A stretch of 64,000 bases of DNA. It comes from a virus. Lineage: Duplodnaviria > Heunggongvirae > Uroviricota > Caudoviricetes. Below are positions 56,130 to 64,000 of this stretch, piece after piece. The position numbers and the translations under genes were made by a program. The notes under the pieces were generated by a model. The model saw only the letters and a program-made list of their open reading frames with translations. It searched no databases and was not told where the DNA came from. How positions within the stretch are numbered: the first letter of the stretch is position 1; each line of letters starts with the position of its first letter. The stretch lies in the IMG/VR virus record IMGVR_UViG_3300006734_000990; one strand, 5' to 3'.

Positions 56130-58727
56130 ATGCGCGCTGAAACTACAGTCAGCCAATATTGTGAGATCAAGATGTTCAGATTCCTATCGTCGCTCCTGCC
56201 AGAACGGAAGCCCCAGAAAGAGGCAGAAGAAGCCCATCCGGGCGGCCAGACATTGGTCGAGGCCTTCGAGATGTATCGCTATGGGGGCCTGAACGAGGCA
56301 GAGCCTTCCGAAGAGAAGCCTTCCGAAGAAGAGGGCGCCCCTTGGACGCCGGATACAGAGGTGGCTACGCTCGAGGAAAAGGTACTCCCTGCCACGCCCT
56401 CACCATCAATGGCCGCTTCGCTTTTCCGCAGGGCGCCGCGCGCTGAACCTGAACGCGAGCCCGAGATCGTCGAGAGCGAGAAGGGCGTGCGCTTCAAGCG
56501 CATCCCGGTTTCGGATTTCATCGCCAACGACCCCATGATGAAAGACCTCAACCCCTTCCTTAAAATGGAACCTGTGGCGAAAAGCCCTGAGGAGTATACG
56601 CTCTTCAGAACCCTGGCGGGGAAACATGATTTCGACCTGGCAGATCCAGAGATCGACGAGGTCCTGAAGGGCTGGGAGAAGGGGTACGCCGACTACATCG
56701 AGGACGCGCGTATCTTTGTCTCCTACAAGGATCAGTTTCCCGGCTTCCGCCGTCTGATCATCGCAGGCGATAACCTGTCGCGCCGCAGCAAGGCTCTGTC
56801 GGTCATCGCGGTAGATAACGACGGCGCGCTCATCAACAAGATGTTGAAGCCCGTTAATCAGGACGTCGCTCCGCTCAAGTCGGTCGCCGAGGCATTGGAG
56901 GTCATTTACAACGGTCATCCTGATTGGCAGATCAGCTTCGGCCGGAATGACATCGAATTGAACCGTCACACAAATGCTGCGCGTGCCATGGCGCAGGAGG
57001 GATTGGAGTTCCTTAAACCCGGTCGTTCCGCCCTGACGATTGGTAGAACACTAGCGCATCGCAGATTGATTGATGGCAAGATGCACTATCAGGCCAGGCA
57101 TATGCTGAAAAATAAAGCCGACAGCCGTCTCAATCTGATGCGCTGGGCCATCAGCGATGCCATGGATCCAGAAGTCCTACGCATCATGCGCGGAACCGGT
57201 CTCACCAAACTGGGGCATGCACAGTGGCTCTGTGGGACCCATGGCAGCACTCTGCTCGATCCGGACACGGTCAACACCGAAGTTGCCATAGCCCGCCAGC
57301 AGGCTGTGAAGGCCTATCCGATCCTCGCCAGGGCGATGCATGAAGAGCCCGTGCTTCGGGATGCTATCGACGCCCGCGCGCCCCTTGCACCAGTGATCGC
57401 AGATTTTCTGCGCTGTGATGTGAAGTATGTGAAGCGTCTGCAAGGGCTGACCTGGCAGCGTGCCGGCGCGAGCCCGCGCGATCCAATGGAGGAGATCAAG
57501 ACCCTCCTAAAGCTTCCCTACGACAGATTACCCACCAGCCGTAAGGAGCATCGCTTCCTGAAAGAGCTGAAGAAGTTTGGCAAAGGGATCTTTGGGACCT
57601 CCCTGTCGGAAACGATGCACCGCGTGGCGCGGGACGGTGATCCTTACAAGATGATGGACAAGATCCTCGCCACCCCGGCCGAGCAGGTAAAGGATGCGGT
57701 GAGCTACCTGGCCAATACGCTCTATGTGCCCGCGACGATGAACAAGATACGTGAAGTTGCCGAGGAGCGCGGCCTTGAGTGGAACGAGAGTATTTCGCAA
57801 CGCGGATATTCTCCGAACAACAATGATTATGTTTCGCCGAGTGATAAGGCCCTCAAAGCTGTACTGGAAGACTTCAAGATCTCCGAACTGCTGGAACTCT
57901 CGACCCGGTATCACCGTAACATCCATCGCTATGCTGATAAGGTACAGAAGATCAGTACGGATGAAGTATGGGAGCCGCTTGTCGGCGAGATCGATCTTGG
58001 GAATGGACTGCACGCACGTGAGTTAAACAGCGCCAAGGCGCTGACCAAACAGGGTCGGTCTGAAAACCACTGCGTGGGTGGTTACCTCAATACGGTTCTT
58101 AAAGGACGCTCCAAAGATGCGCGGCTCATCTTTTCACTCGAAACCAAAGATGAGATTTCGAGCACAGTTGAGCTGGATGTCTTGGTCAAATCCCGCACCG
58201 TAAAGCATGAGGATGGCAGTGAGCGTGAGGTGCCTTATCTTCACTGCGAGGTGCGTCAGAACTATGCCTATGGAAATGAGGAGCCCAGTGACGCGGCTGA
58301 GGAAGCCGCAAACCGGCTCGCCAAGCACATCCAAACCTTAGAGGTCCCAGATTTCGCGCGCTATACCGATGGGCTTGCGGAGGCCCGGCATGAGCAGGAT
58401 ATGATGAGGCTGATGCCGCTGTCGGTGCGCTCGGCCGGCTACAATCCATGGGACCGAGAACACCTTCAGGATGCCTGGGACGAGCTAAGTGCATTGCTGC
58501 CGCGTAAAATTCGCAAATCCGGACTTGATAAGTTTATCGCCGGGTCAGATATCAAAGGAGAGGAGTTCAAGTTCGTTGAGGGCAGTGATCCCCGAAATAT
58601 CTGGGATCGCCTTGCAGAGGAAGATGCTGCCGAACTTGATATTGAAGACGTGCAGGAGGGTGAGGTCGATGACCCTTTCGCAGAAGATGAAGAACCGGAA
58701 CATGATATCATGTGGGCAGCGCAGTGA
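56130..58727 (+). CDS. large hypothetical protein (865 aa), possible PcfJ-like domain
   Basis: ENHCVGGYLNTVL...ARLIF resembles PcfJ-family conserved core; otherwise unassigned. Confidence 0.55.
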   Translation: MRAETTVSQYCEIKMFRFLSSLLPERKPQKEAEEAHPGGQTLVEAFEMYRYGGLNEAEPSEEKPSEEEGAPWTPDTEVATLEEKVLPATPSPSMAASLFRRAPRAEPEREPEIVESEKGVRFKRIPVSDFIANDPMMKDLNPFLKMEPVAKSPEEYTLFRTLAGKHDFDLADPEIDEVLKGWEKGYADYIEDARIFVSYKDQFPGFRRLIIAGDNLSRRSKALSVIAVDNDGALINKMLKPVNQDVAPLKSVAEALEVIYNGHPDWQISFGRNDIELNRHTNAARAMAQEGLEFLKPGRSALTIGRTLAHRRLIDGKMHYQARHMLKNKADSRLNLMRWAISDAMDPEVLRIMRGTGLTKLGHAQWLCGTHGSTLLDPDTVNTEVAIARQQAVKAYPILARAMHEEPVLRDAIDARAPLAPVIADFLRCDVKYVKRLQGLTWQRAGASPRDPMEEIKTLLKLPYDRLPTSRKEHRFLKELKKFGKGIFGTSLSETMHRVARDGDPYKMMDKILATPAEQVKDAVSYLANTLYVPATMNKIREVAEERGLEWNESISQRGYSPNNNDYVSPSDKALKAVLEDFKISELLELSTRYHRNIHRYADKVQKISTDEVWEPLVGEIDLGNGLHARELNSAKALTKQGRSENHCVGGYLNTVLKGRSKDARLIFSLETKDEISSTVELDVLVKSRTVKHEDGSEREVPYLHCEVRQNYAYGNEEPSDAAEEAANRLAKHIQTLEVPDFARYTDGLAEARHEQDMMRLMPLSVRSAGYNPWDREHLQDAWDELSALLPRKIRKSGLDKFIAGSDIKGEEFKFVEGSDPRNIWDRLAEEDAAELDIEDVQEGEVDDPFAEDEEPEHDIMWAAQ

Positions 58728-58732
58728 CGCTC

Positions 58733-58747
58733 ATGCGAAAACAATAG
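58733..58747 (+). other. mini-ORF MRKQ* (ATGCGAAAACAATAG) immediately upstream of SD of gene 58758
   Basis: Direct reading. Confidence 0.25.
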
Positions 58748-58757
58748 GAGCGCCGCG

Positions 58758-59093
58758 ATGCACACGATCTACATGGGCGATATCTGCTTGCTGAAGGCAG
58801 AGCCTATGCCCGGGGAGGGGGAGCGATACCGAGATCTCCAACATGGCGGTTTCGTATCAGCTCGAAACAGCTTGGCCTCTCTCTTCGGCGCAGCTGAAGT
58901 CGAGGCGCTGAAAGCTGCAGCTACGCTGCCGCTCATGACCTTTGATGGTCGCAGCCGCGCGATCGAGATCATCTTCAATGAAAGAGGCGCAGACCCCGAC
59001 GTTGTTGTGAAGGATGAGGTCGGGTCAACTTTCGATTTCCATGAGATCACCCTGGCAGACCTCTTCAAACAGCCGGACTTTGCAGAGATCTGA
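58758..59093 (+). CDS. hypothetical protein (111 aa)
   Basis: AGGAG before ATG. Confidence 0.45.
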   Translation: MHTIYMGDICLLKAEPMPGEGERYRDLQHGGFVSARNSLASLFGAAEVEALKAAATLPLMTFDGRSRAIEIIFNERGADPDVVVKDEVGSTFDFHEITLADLFKQPDFAEI

Positions 59094-59118
59094 TTCTCGG
59101 CACAAGATTTAATTGGTA

Positions 59119-59178
59119 TTTTTCGCAATGTCGATGGACACTAGTAGCAAAGTAATACCAAGCAGGATAAATCAATGA
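59119..59178 (+). other. TTTTTCGCA box plus 16-codon uORF (MSMDTSSKVIPSRINQ*) whose TGA overlaps ATG 59175 (ATGA)
   Basis: Direct reading. Confidence 0.4.
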
Positions 59179-60068
59179 CCAAACGAAACTTCCCTACAGC
59201 CACCATCGCTTGGGGCGCGCTCGCCACACTTTATGCTGCCACCGCAGTTCTCTCTATGTCCGACAGGTCCGCGGCGGAGGACAGCCTGAACGGCATGCTG
59301 GATCTTCCAGCTAAACACTATGCGGCCGAAGTCTTGCTCGGTGCCTCGGATGGCATGAAAGCGAATGGATGGTCGAACTTTGGTATCGAAGAACGCCTCG
59401 CCGCCGTAAAGGCAGCCACTCATGAACCTCTGCGCCGTCACATGACCGCTATATATGAGAACGCCTACTCTCAGGGGATCAACGGCGAATGGGACGAGGC
59501 GGCATTGGATGGATATCTCGAAGTAGTCGAGTTACCAAAGAGCGATATTTTCTGGCTCAACCAATCCACCCTCAAGGGGGATGAGAACATTAATCCTGAA
59601 GCCCTGAATGCCAAAATTGAAGCTGATTATGGGGCTCGGTGGGATGATGTTGGCAAGCATTTCCGCGAAGGTCTCGAAGGTATCATCCATACAACCGTTA
59701 ATTCAGTTGAAATTGCGTTTTCAAATGTGCCTGACAGTTCGAAACGGACCAATGGTGAAATGCAGCCACCGGTGTATAGCGCGGCAAAGGAATTTGGCTT
59801 TATGACCACTGGGCCAAATGAGCCCAATGCCACTGTCACTTACAGCCAGGCGGATGCTATCGAAGCGCGAAAATCTGTTGAGCATTTGGCTGTTAAGCCT
59901 ACCGAACGTGTCGAGGTGGAGTTGGTGCGTGAGAAGAGAGCTATACATTTCAGCCCTCACCAGATCGCTGTGTTTGCACCCCTCAATCAGCATGTGGAAG
60001 ATCCCTTTACAGCGGAACGAGTTGCCGAGCAGGAGCTGTCCAACGACAACCCTGATCAGCCTAACTGA
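59175..60068 (+). CDS. hypothetical protein with hydrophobic N-terminus (297 aa)
   Basis: ORF, coding bias. Confidence 0.5.
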   Translation: MTKRNFPTATIAWGALATLYAATAVLSMSDRSAAEDSLNGMLDLPAKHYAAEVLLGASDGMKANGWSNFGIEERLAAVKAATHEPLRRHMTAIYENAYSQGINGEWDEAALDGYLEVVELPKSDIFWLNQSTLKGDENINPEALNAKIEADYGARWDDVGKHFREGLEGIIHTTVNSVEIAFSNVPDSSKRTNGEMQPPVYSAAKEFGFMTTGPNEPNATVTYSQADAIEARKSVEHLAVKPTERVEVELVREKRAIHFSPHQIAVFAPLNQHVEDPFTAERVAEQELSNDNPDQPN

Positions 60069-60074
60069 TCTTTA

Positions 60075-60536
60075 TCAACACCGCTCCGCGAGGGTCATGA
60101 CCCAAACGTCATCGACCTTCGCGATGCCCATCCATAGCAAGTTCGGTCGGAGTATATTCTCGCGGTGACCTGGCGATTCCATCCAGGTCTGAATAATGTT
60201 GCCGGTGTTTAACGCTTTGCCCTTGGCGATATTTTCCGCCAACGCGCGTGAGCACCCAGCATCCCGCAGCCGCTCTGCCGCTGAAGAGCCATCCGTTCCG
60301 GTATGGCTGAAAGTACCATGAAGCGCCATGTCGGTCGCGGCGCGCAGGGCAGCCCGTTCCGCCTGTTGTCCGGCAGCAAGTGGTTGCAGACCAAAGGCGC
60401 GCCTTTGTGCATTCGCATCTTCAATGACCCTTACCAGTCCTGAGGTGGAAATCTCAGGCGCAACATAGCGGACAGGTGCAGAGGTACATGCTGAAAGAAT
60501 AGACCCGCATAGAATGGTCGTTACTGTTTTTCGCAT
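60075..60536 (-). CDS. CAP/SCP/PR-1-like domain lipoprotein
   Basis: Lipobox LSAC; HTGTDG ... GENI ... WMESPGHRENIL ... SCP-type motifs; N-terminus MRKTV coded by ATGCGAAAAAC box. Confidence 0.6.
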   Translation of the reverse strand: MRKTVTTILCGSILSACTSAPVRYVAPEISTSGLVRVIEDANAQRRAFGLQPLAAGQQAERAALRAATDMALHGTFSHTGTDGSSAAERLRDAGCSRALAENIAKGKALNTGNIIQTWMESPGHRENILRPNLLWMGIAKVDDVWVMTLAERC

Positions 60537-60746
60537 TGAGCAATCACTCCTTGGCTTTCATCTTCGCAATAGGCATCGAAGGTCTGCGCCGATGCGACAT
60601 ATGCTCTGTTTTTGCGACGCCCCGACCGGCACAGCAGGGGATTATTAAAAATAATCGCGTTTTTCGCAAATCGCTTGCATTCCCCTAAATTCTTCAGCTA
60701 TCCATAGCAAGAGCATTTTTCGCAACTCGCACCGAAAGGTTGGACC
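60524..60746. promoter_or_regulatory. divergent intergenic region with five GTTTTTCGCA(A/T)-type boxes (60526, 60572 partial, 60608 variant, 60659, 60716)
   Basis: Direct reading. Confidence 0.45.
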
Positions 60747-61019
60747 ATGACCCCTTCGCCAGGCGCTACACTTAAAGTTCCCGCCGCACTTCTTGTGGCG
60801 AATATTGCGCTGACCATGCCCGCGATCAAGGCGCTGGGCGGCAATGGTCGCGGCTGGATCGTGGCAATGCAGGATTACGGCCGGGCCATGCTGCCGTCTC
60901 AAGATATGCTGTTCCAGTCGACGGCCTATAGCCTGGTACTGACGGCCTCTGTGACAGTTTCAGCAATTCTCATCGGTAAAATGGTCATGCGCGGCCTTTT
61001 GATCGCAACCAATAGCTGA
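60747..61019 (+). CDS. small membrane protein (90 aa)
   Basis: Two hydrophobic helices. Confidence 0.4.
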   Translation: MTPSPGATLKVPAALLVANIALTMPAIKALGGNGRGWIVAMQDYGRAMLPSQDMLFQSTAYSLVLTASVTVSAILIGKMVMRGLLIATNS

Positions 61020-61075
61020 GGTCAGCAGCGCGCACCGCATTTCATTCCAGATACACCCCCTTAAAGGACTACGAC

Positions 61076-61693
61076 ATGAGTAAGATCGAGAATTTCAACA
61101 AACTGAGCCCTGCAGAAACCGAACGTCTGGCAATGCTTTCCGAAGAAGCAGGCGAGGTTGTTATGGCCGCCACGCAGATGCTTAGGGACGGTCCTTATTC
61201 TGAGAACATGGAAGGGGCGCTGGACGACAATGTCGGCGAGCTCGGACGTGAGGTCGCCGACCTCCTGGCCGTCGCGGACTTCATGGAGGGCGACATCAGC
61301 ATCGAAGCCTTTGACAACTACTTTGCGAAAAACGAATCCAACTATAATAGCCCGTATTCAGATGCGCTGAAGGAAATGTCTGCCCTTGGGAATACGATCG
61401 TGGTCAATGGTGTAGATCTCGCTGAAATGGAACAGCTTCACATTCTGTCGACCAGGGCTGCAAAGATCGTTCAGACCGTGGGTAAGATCCTGCGCCATGG
61501 CTATGAGAGCTTTCACCCCGATCAGCCCGAGCAGAGCAATAGGCAGCTTCTGACGTTGGACCTTTTCAATTTCTGGATCGCAGTTCACTACCTCCCTGAC
61601 GGCTTCTTTGAAGATGTGCCTGATGCCCATGAAGAGATAATGGCACGTAAAATGCGCTACATGCATCATCAGACGTTGGAGGTGGTGGCGTGA
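61076..61693 (+). CDS. MazG-like nucleoside triphosphate pyrophosphohydrolase family protein
   Basis: ERLAMLSEEAGEVV and LGREVADLLAVADFM resemble the two MazG EExxE / hxxL(G/A)D helices. Confidence 0.55.
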   Translation: MSKIENFNKLSPAETERLAMLSEEAGEVVMAATQMLRDGPYSENMEGALDDNVGELGREVADLLAVADFMEGDISIEAFDNYFAKNESNYNSPYSDALKEMSALGNTIVVNGVDLAEMEQLHILSTRAAKIVQTVGKILRHGYESFHPDQPEQSNRQLLTLDLFNFWIAVHYLPDGFFEDVPDAHEEIMARKMRYMHHQTLEVVA

Positions 61694-62080
61694 GCAATAT
61701 CCTAGCGGGCGCTGCCATCTCAATGATTTCTGTAGGCGGCGGGCTTTATAACGCAGATACCGGCCAAGGCACGGGCCTTATGATCTGCGGCATGCTGATC
61801 GCAATCATTGCCTGGATCATTCACGCCAATCCCCCGCGTAGTCACTAGGGCACAATGCGCGACCATCGGTCTCTCCCACAGCCCCAACGGCTTCAGGCCG
61901 TGATGCTGGGCGCCCGTGAGGCGCGTCTTGCCTATCAGCGCGGCGAGATCACCCATGAGGAGCGTATGGCACGCCTGCAGGCCCTGTGTCGCCCCAGAGG
62001 GGCCCTGCAGTGCCTGACCGACCGCGTGAGGCGCTGGCTCCTCCAGTAACGATCACCTGTGTTTAAAACGGAATGATAGA

Positions 62081-63580
62081 ATGGAATTTCTTCTGATCCT
62101 CTTGGGTCTCGGCGCTGCCTTCGGCATGAGCGGCGGATCCGGTAGTAAATCGACCCAACCCTCGGACCCCTCCGATCCAGATCCTGTGGATCCGCAGCCA
62201 GATGACGCTTTTGATGTGCGCTCCTATGACGATGGCATCTCGGTAATCGATACGCTCGATCTTGAAAGCGACATTCCAGGGGAACGTATCGACGGGACCT
62301 CCGCGGATGAGCGGCTGTCGGGAACAGGCGCAAAAGATATCATGATGGGCAACGGAGGGGAGGATCGCTTCAGCGGTCTCGGTGGTGATGACATCATTAT
62401 TCTCGATCGCTCGGAGGGCTATAGCGAGCTCTGGGGCGGCCATGGGGATGACACATTGATTTCCTCTATCCCTGGTTTCGGGCAGGTCCATGTCGGCGGG
62501 GGTGAGGGCAATGACCGGATCGTCCTCGATCTGACCAATGACTCCAATTACGATGGGCACCATGTCTATACGGGCACCGGCAATGACACCGTCGAGTTCG
62601 ACAATATCGGCCAGCTCAACAGCCCGATCCTCGGCCGTATCGAGGACTTCGATATCACCCGCGATGTGATCGTCCTTGAGGGGCAGGCGCTAGATCTTCA
62701 CGATCTGCCTGAAGGTATCGATGTCGTCGAATATCTCGACCAGCAATGGCTACGCCTCGGGGACCAAGGGCTTTATGCGCTCGAAGGCGCACGCCATGCC
62801 GGCGCCGAAACGCATTTTTCTGAAATGCCTGAGAACCTGGCCGCGCTGCCAGTGGTCGATTACATCGACCAGCAAAATTACGTGCCTCATGGCAGTTTCG
62901 ACGAAGACCTCAATAAGATGAAGAACACGGAAGATTCGATTGCCGGCACCGATGGTGATGACTGGATCTGGGATGTTCAGAAGACACCTCATGCTGATGG
63001 CATGTTCCGCGCTGGCGATGGCAATGATGTTGTCGATGCAGGTAAGGGCAACGATACGGTCTACGGTGGCAACGGTAATGATCAACTGGCTGGCGGCATG
63101 GACATGGACGAGCTCCGTGGCGGGTCCGGGGATGACACGCTCTATGGTGGCTCCGAGGCTGACCTGTTGGTTGGTGGCTCGGGTAACGACATGCTGCGCG
63201 GTGGCACAGGTAACGACACGCTGAACGGCGGCACAGGCGTTGATACGCTTCACGGCGGCGCCGGAGATGACACGTTCCGCTTTGAGGCTGGCGATCTGCA
63301 GGTCTGGGATGACCTGGAAGGAACCGATGAGGAAAAGTATGCCCAGATCGATCGGATTGAGGATTTCAGGCCCGGGCAGGATTTCATCTCTTTCGGTGAT
63401 GAGATCAGCGCAAACAGCTTCGGGGACCTTGAGGTTGGCACAGTGACTATCGACGATGAGGAATTGTATTCTGTCAGCATTGTCGAAACCGGGGAAAGGT
63501 TTCTGGTAGCGCTCGATGACACTTACGAAGAAGACGATGAAGACGAGGGTCTGGCAGAGGCTGAGAATTTCGTTTTCTGA
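62081..63580 (+). CDS. RTX calcium-binding repeat protein (haemolysin-type GGxGxDxUx nonapeptides)
   Basis: GGNGNDQLAGGMDMDELRGGSGDDTLYGGSEADLLVGGSGNDMLRGGTGNDTLNGGTGVDTLHGGAGDDTF. Confidence 0.7.
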   Translation: MEFLLILLGLGAAFGMSGGSGSKSTQPSDPSDPDPVDPQPDDAFDVRSYDDGISVIDTLDLESDIPGERIDGTSADERLSGTGAKDIMMGNGGEDRFSGLGGDDIIILDRSEGYSELWGGHGDDTLISSIPGFGQVHVGGGEGNDRIVLDLTNDSNYDGHHVYTGTGNDTVEFDNIGQLNSPILGRIEDFDITRDVIVLEGQALDLHDLPEGIDVVEYLDQQWLRLGDQGLYALEGARHAGAETHFSEMPENLAALPVVDYIDQQNYVPHGSFDEDLNKMKNTEDSIAGTDGDDWIWDVQKTPHADGMFRAGDGNDVVDAGKGNDTVYGGNGNDQLAGGMDMDELRGGSGDDTLYGGSEADLLVGGSGNDMLRGGTGNDTLNGGTGVDTLHGGAGDDTFRFEAGDLQVWDDLEGTDEEKYAQIDRIEDFRPGQDFISFGDEISANSFGDLEVGTVTIDDEELYSVSIVETGERFLVALDDTYEEDDEDEGLAEAENFVF

Positions 63581-63709
63581 GTAGGGCGGTCCCCCACAAT
63601 AAGAGAGGCAGGTCAACGCGCGGTTTCGCCGGCCTGCCTTGCTTGACTCCAAGGGGTGCTCTACATGCCGCAATCAAAGGAAGCCAATTAGATAGGGGCC
63701 GAAAAACTC

Positions 63710-64000
63710 ATGAAAAATGCCTTGGTAACCGGCGCTGGCGTGCGCCTCGGGCGCGCAATGGCTATCTACCTCGCAGACCGAGGTTTTGATGTGGCTGTGC
63801 ATTATCGCAGCTCTGAAAAGCAAGCCTCTGAAGTCGCCTCCGAGATCACCCGCCGCGGTGGGCGTGCTGTTATTATAAAAGCTGATCTTCTTGTAGAGGA
63901 TGACGTTCAGAACCTTCTGCCCCGCGCAGCCGACGCGCTGGGCGGTCCAATCACCTGCCTTGTCAACAACGCGTCGATTTTTGAACCTGATGATGTCGCA
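63710..64000 (+). CDS. short-chain dehydrogenase/reductase (SDR), N-terminal part (continues beyond window)
   Basis: ALVTGAGVRLGRAMA (TGxxxGxG), NNAS motif region. Confidence 0.65.
   Translation, partial: MKNALVTGAGVRLGRAMAIYLADRGFDVAVHYRSSEKQASEVASEITRRGGRAVIIKADLLVEDDVQNLLPRAADALGGPITCLVNNASIFEPDDVA

Noticed and set aside
59105-59130. Sigma-54 (-24 GG / -12 GC) reading of the TTGG...TTTTTCGCA box
   Set aside because: GG and GC are separated by 8 nt, not the required 10. Other box copies lack the GG entirely.
1-64000. CRISPR arrays, integrase/transposase, phage structural genes, rRNA
   Set aside because: None recognisable by eye anywhere in the window. The only short-repeat cluster (560-830) has irregular spacing, unlike CRISPR.

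Overview
High-GC (about 60%) alphaproteobacterial DNA, Rhodobacterales-like by eye. The window is a densely packed accessory region, probably a plasmid or genomic island. It has short genes on both strands, many small acidic hypothetical proteins, two internal paralog pairs, lower-GC patches, and no rRNA, CRISPR, integrase, transposase or phage structural genes.

Recognisable content by coordinate:
- 560-830: an iteron-like hexamer array around an AT-rich palindromic core.
- 3519-4253: a truncated HsdM-like N6-adenine methylase fragment.
- 4444-4920: a secreted EF-hand protein.
- 5662-6546: a compact RlmN/Cfr-family radical-SAM methyltransferase.
- 9224-10881: an RNA-repair-like pair, a 2H phosphoesterase plus a KxDG nucleotidyltransferase-like protein.
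- 11175-11804: a TrpF-like protein.
- 12885-13370: a ParB-nuclease-domain protein.
- 20995-21945: an SPFH/Band-7 protein.
- 22050-23297: a threonyl-tRNA synthetase lacking its N-terminal domains, preceded by a leader terminator.
- 25403-26395: a single-HKD PLD nuclease.
- 26528-27407: a RelE/YafQ-like toxin carrying a 130-aa C-terminal extension, with its antitoxin.
- 27629-28078: a GNAT acetyltransferase.
- 30892-32028: a TrpRS.
- 33376-34464: a CoiA-like protein.
- 34618-36326: hipBA.
- 36343-36945: a SLOG / molybdenum-carrier-like protein.
- 42677-43144: a Pth2-type peptidyl-tRNA hydrolase leading a four-gene operon.
- 46645-47850 and 47988-48683: an R-S-E ADP-ribosyltransferase-like protein next to a Nudix protein.
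- 48827-50848: a J-domain / kinase-like fusion followed by a TerY-like vWA protein, with shared AAGTTGC operator boxes.
- 51927-53207: a divergent adenylosuccinate-synthetase (PurA/PurZ-like) homolog.
- 54694-54858: two tandem tRNA-Glu-like genes (anticodons UUC and CUC, both with G1-U72).
- 55239-56093: a GluRS catalytic domain lacking the anticodon-binding domain, directly downstream of those tRNAs.
- 56130-58727: an 865-aa PcfJ-like protein.
- 60075-60536: a CAP/SCP lipoprotein.
- 61076-61693: a MazG-like NTP pyrophosphohydrolase.
- 62081-63580: an RTX calcium-binding repeat protein.
- 63710-64000: a partial SDR.

Two things stand out:
1. A translation/tRNA-centred gene set packed next to HipA-type and RelE-type toxins: aaRS paralogs with cognate tRNAs, Pth2, an RlmN-like enzyme and RNA-repair genes.
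2. A strongly over-represented AT-rich box GTTTTTCGCAATG (reverse complement CATTGCGAAAAAC). There are about 20 copies, almost all in 5' regions. They often abut the start codon or begin tiny uORFs (MRKT..., MRKQ*, MRI*), several of which overlap the main gene's start in an ATGA arrangement.
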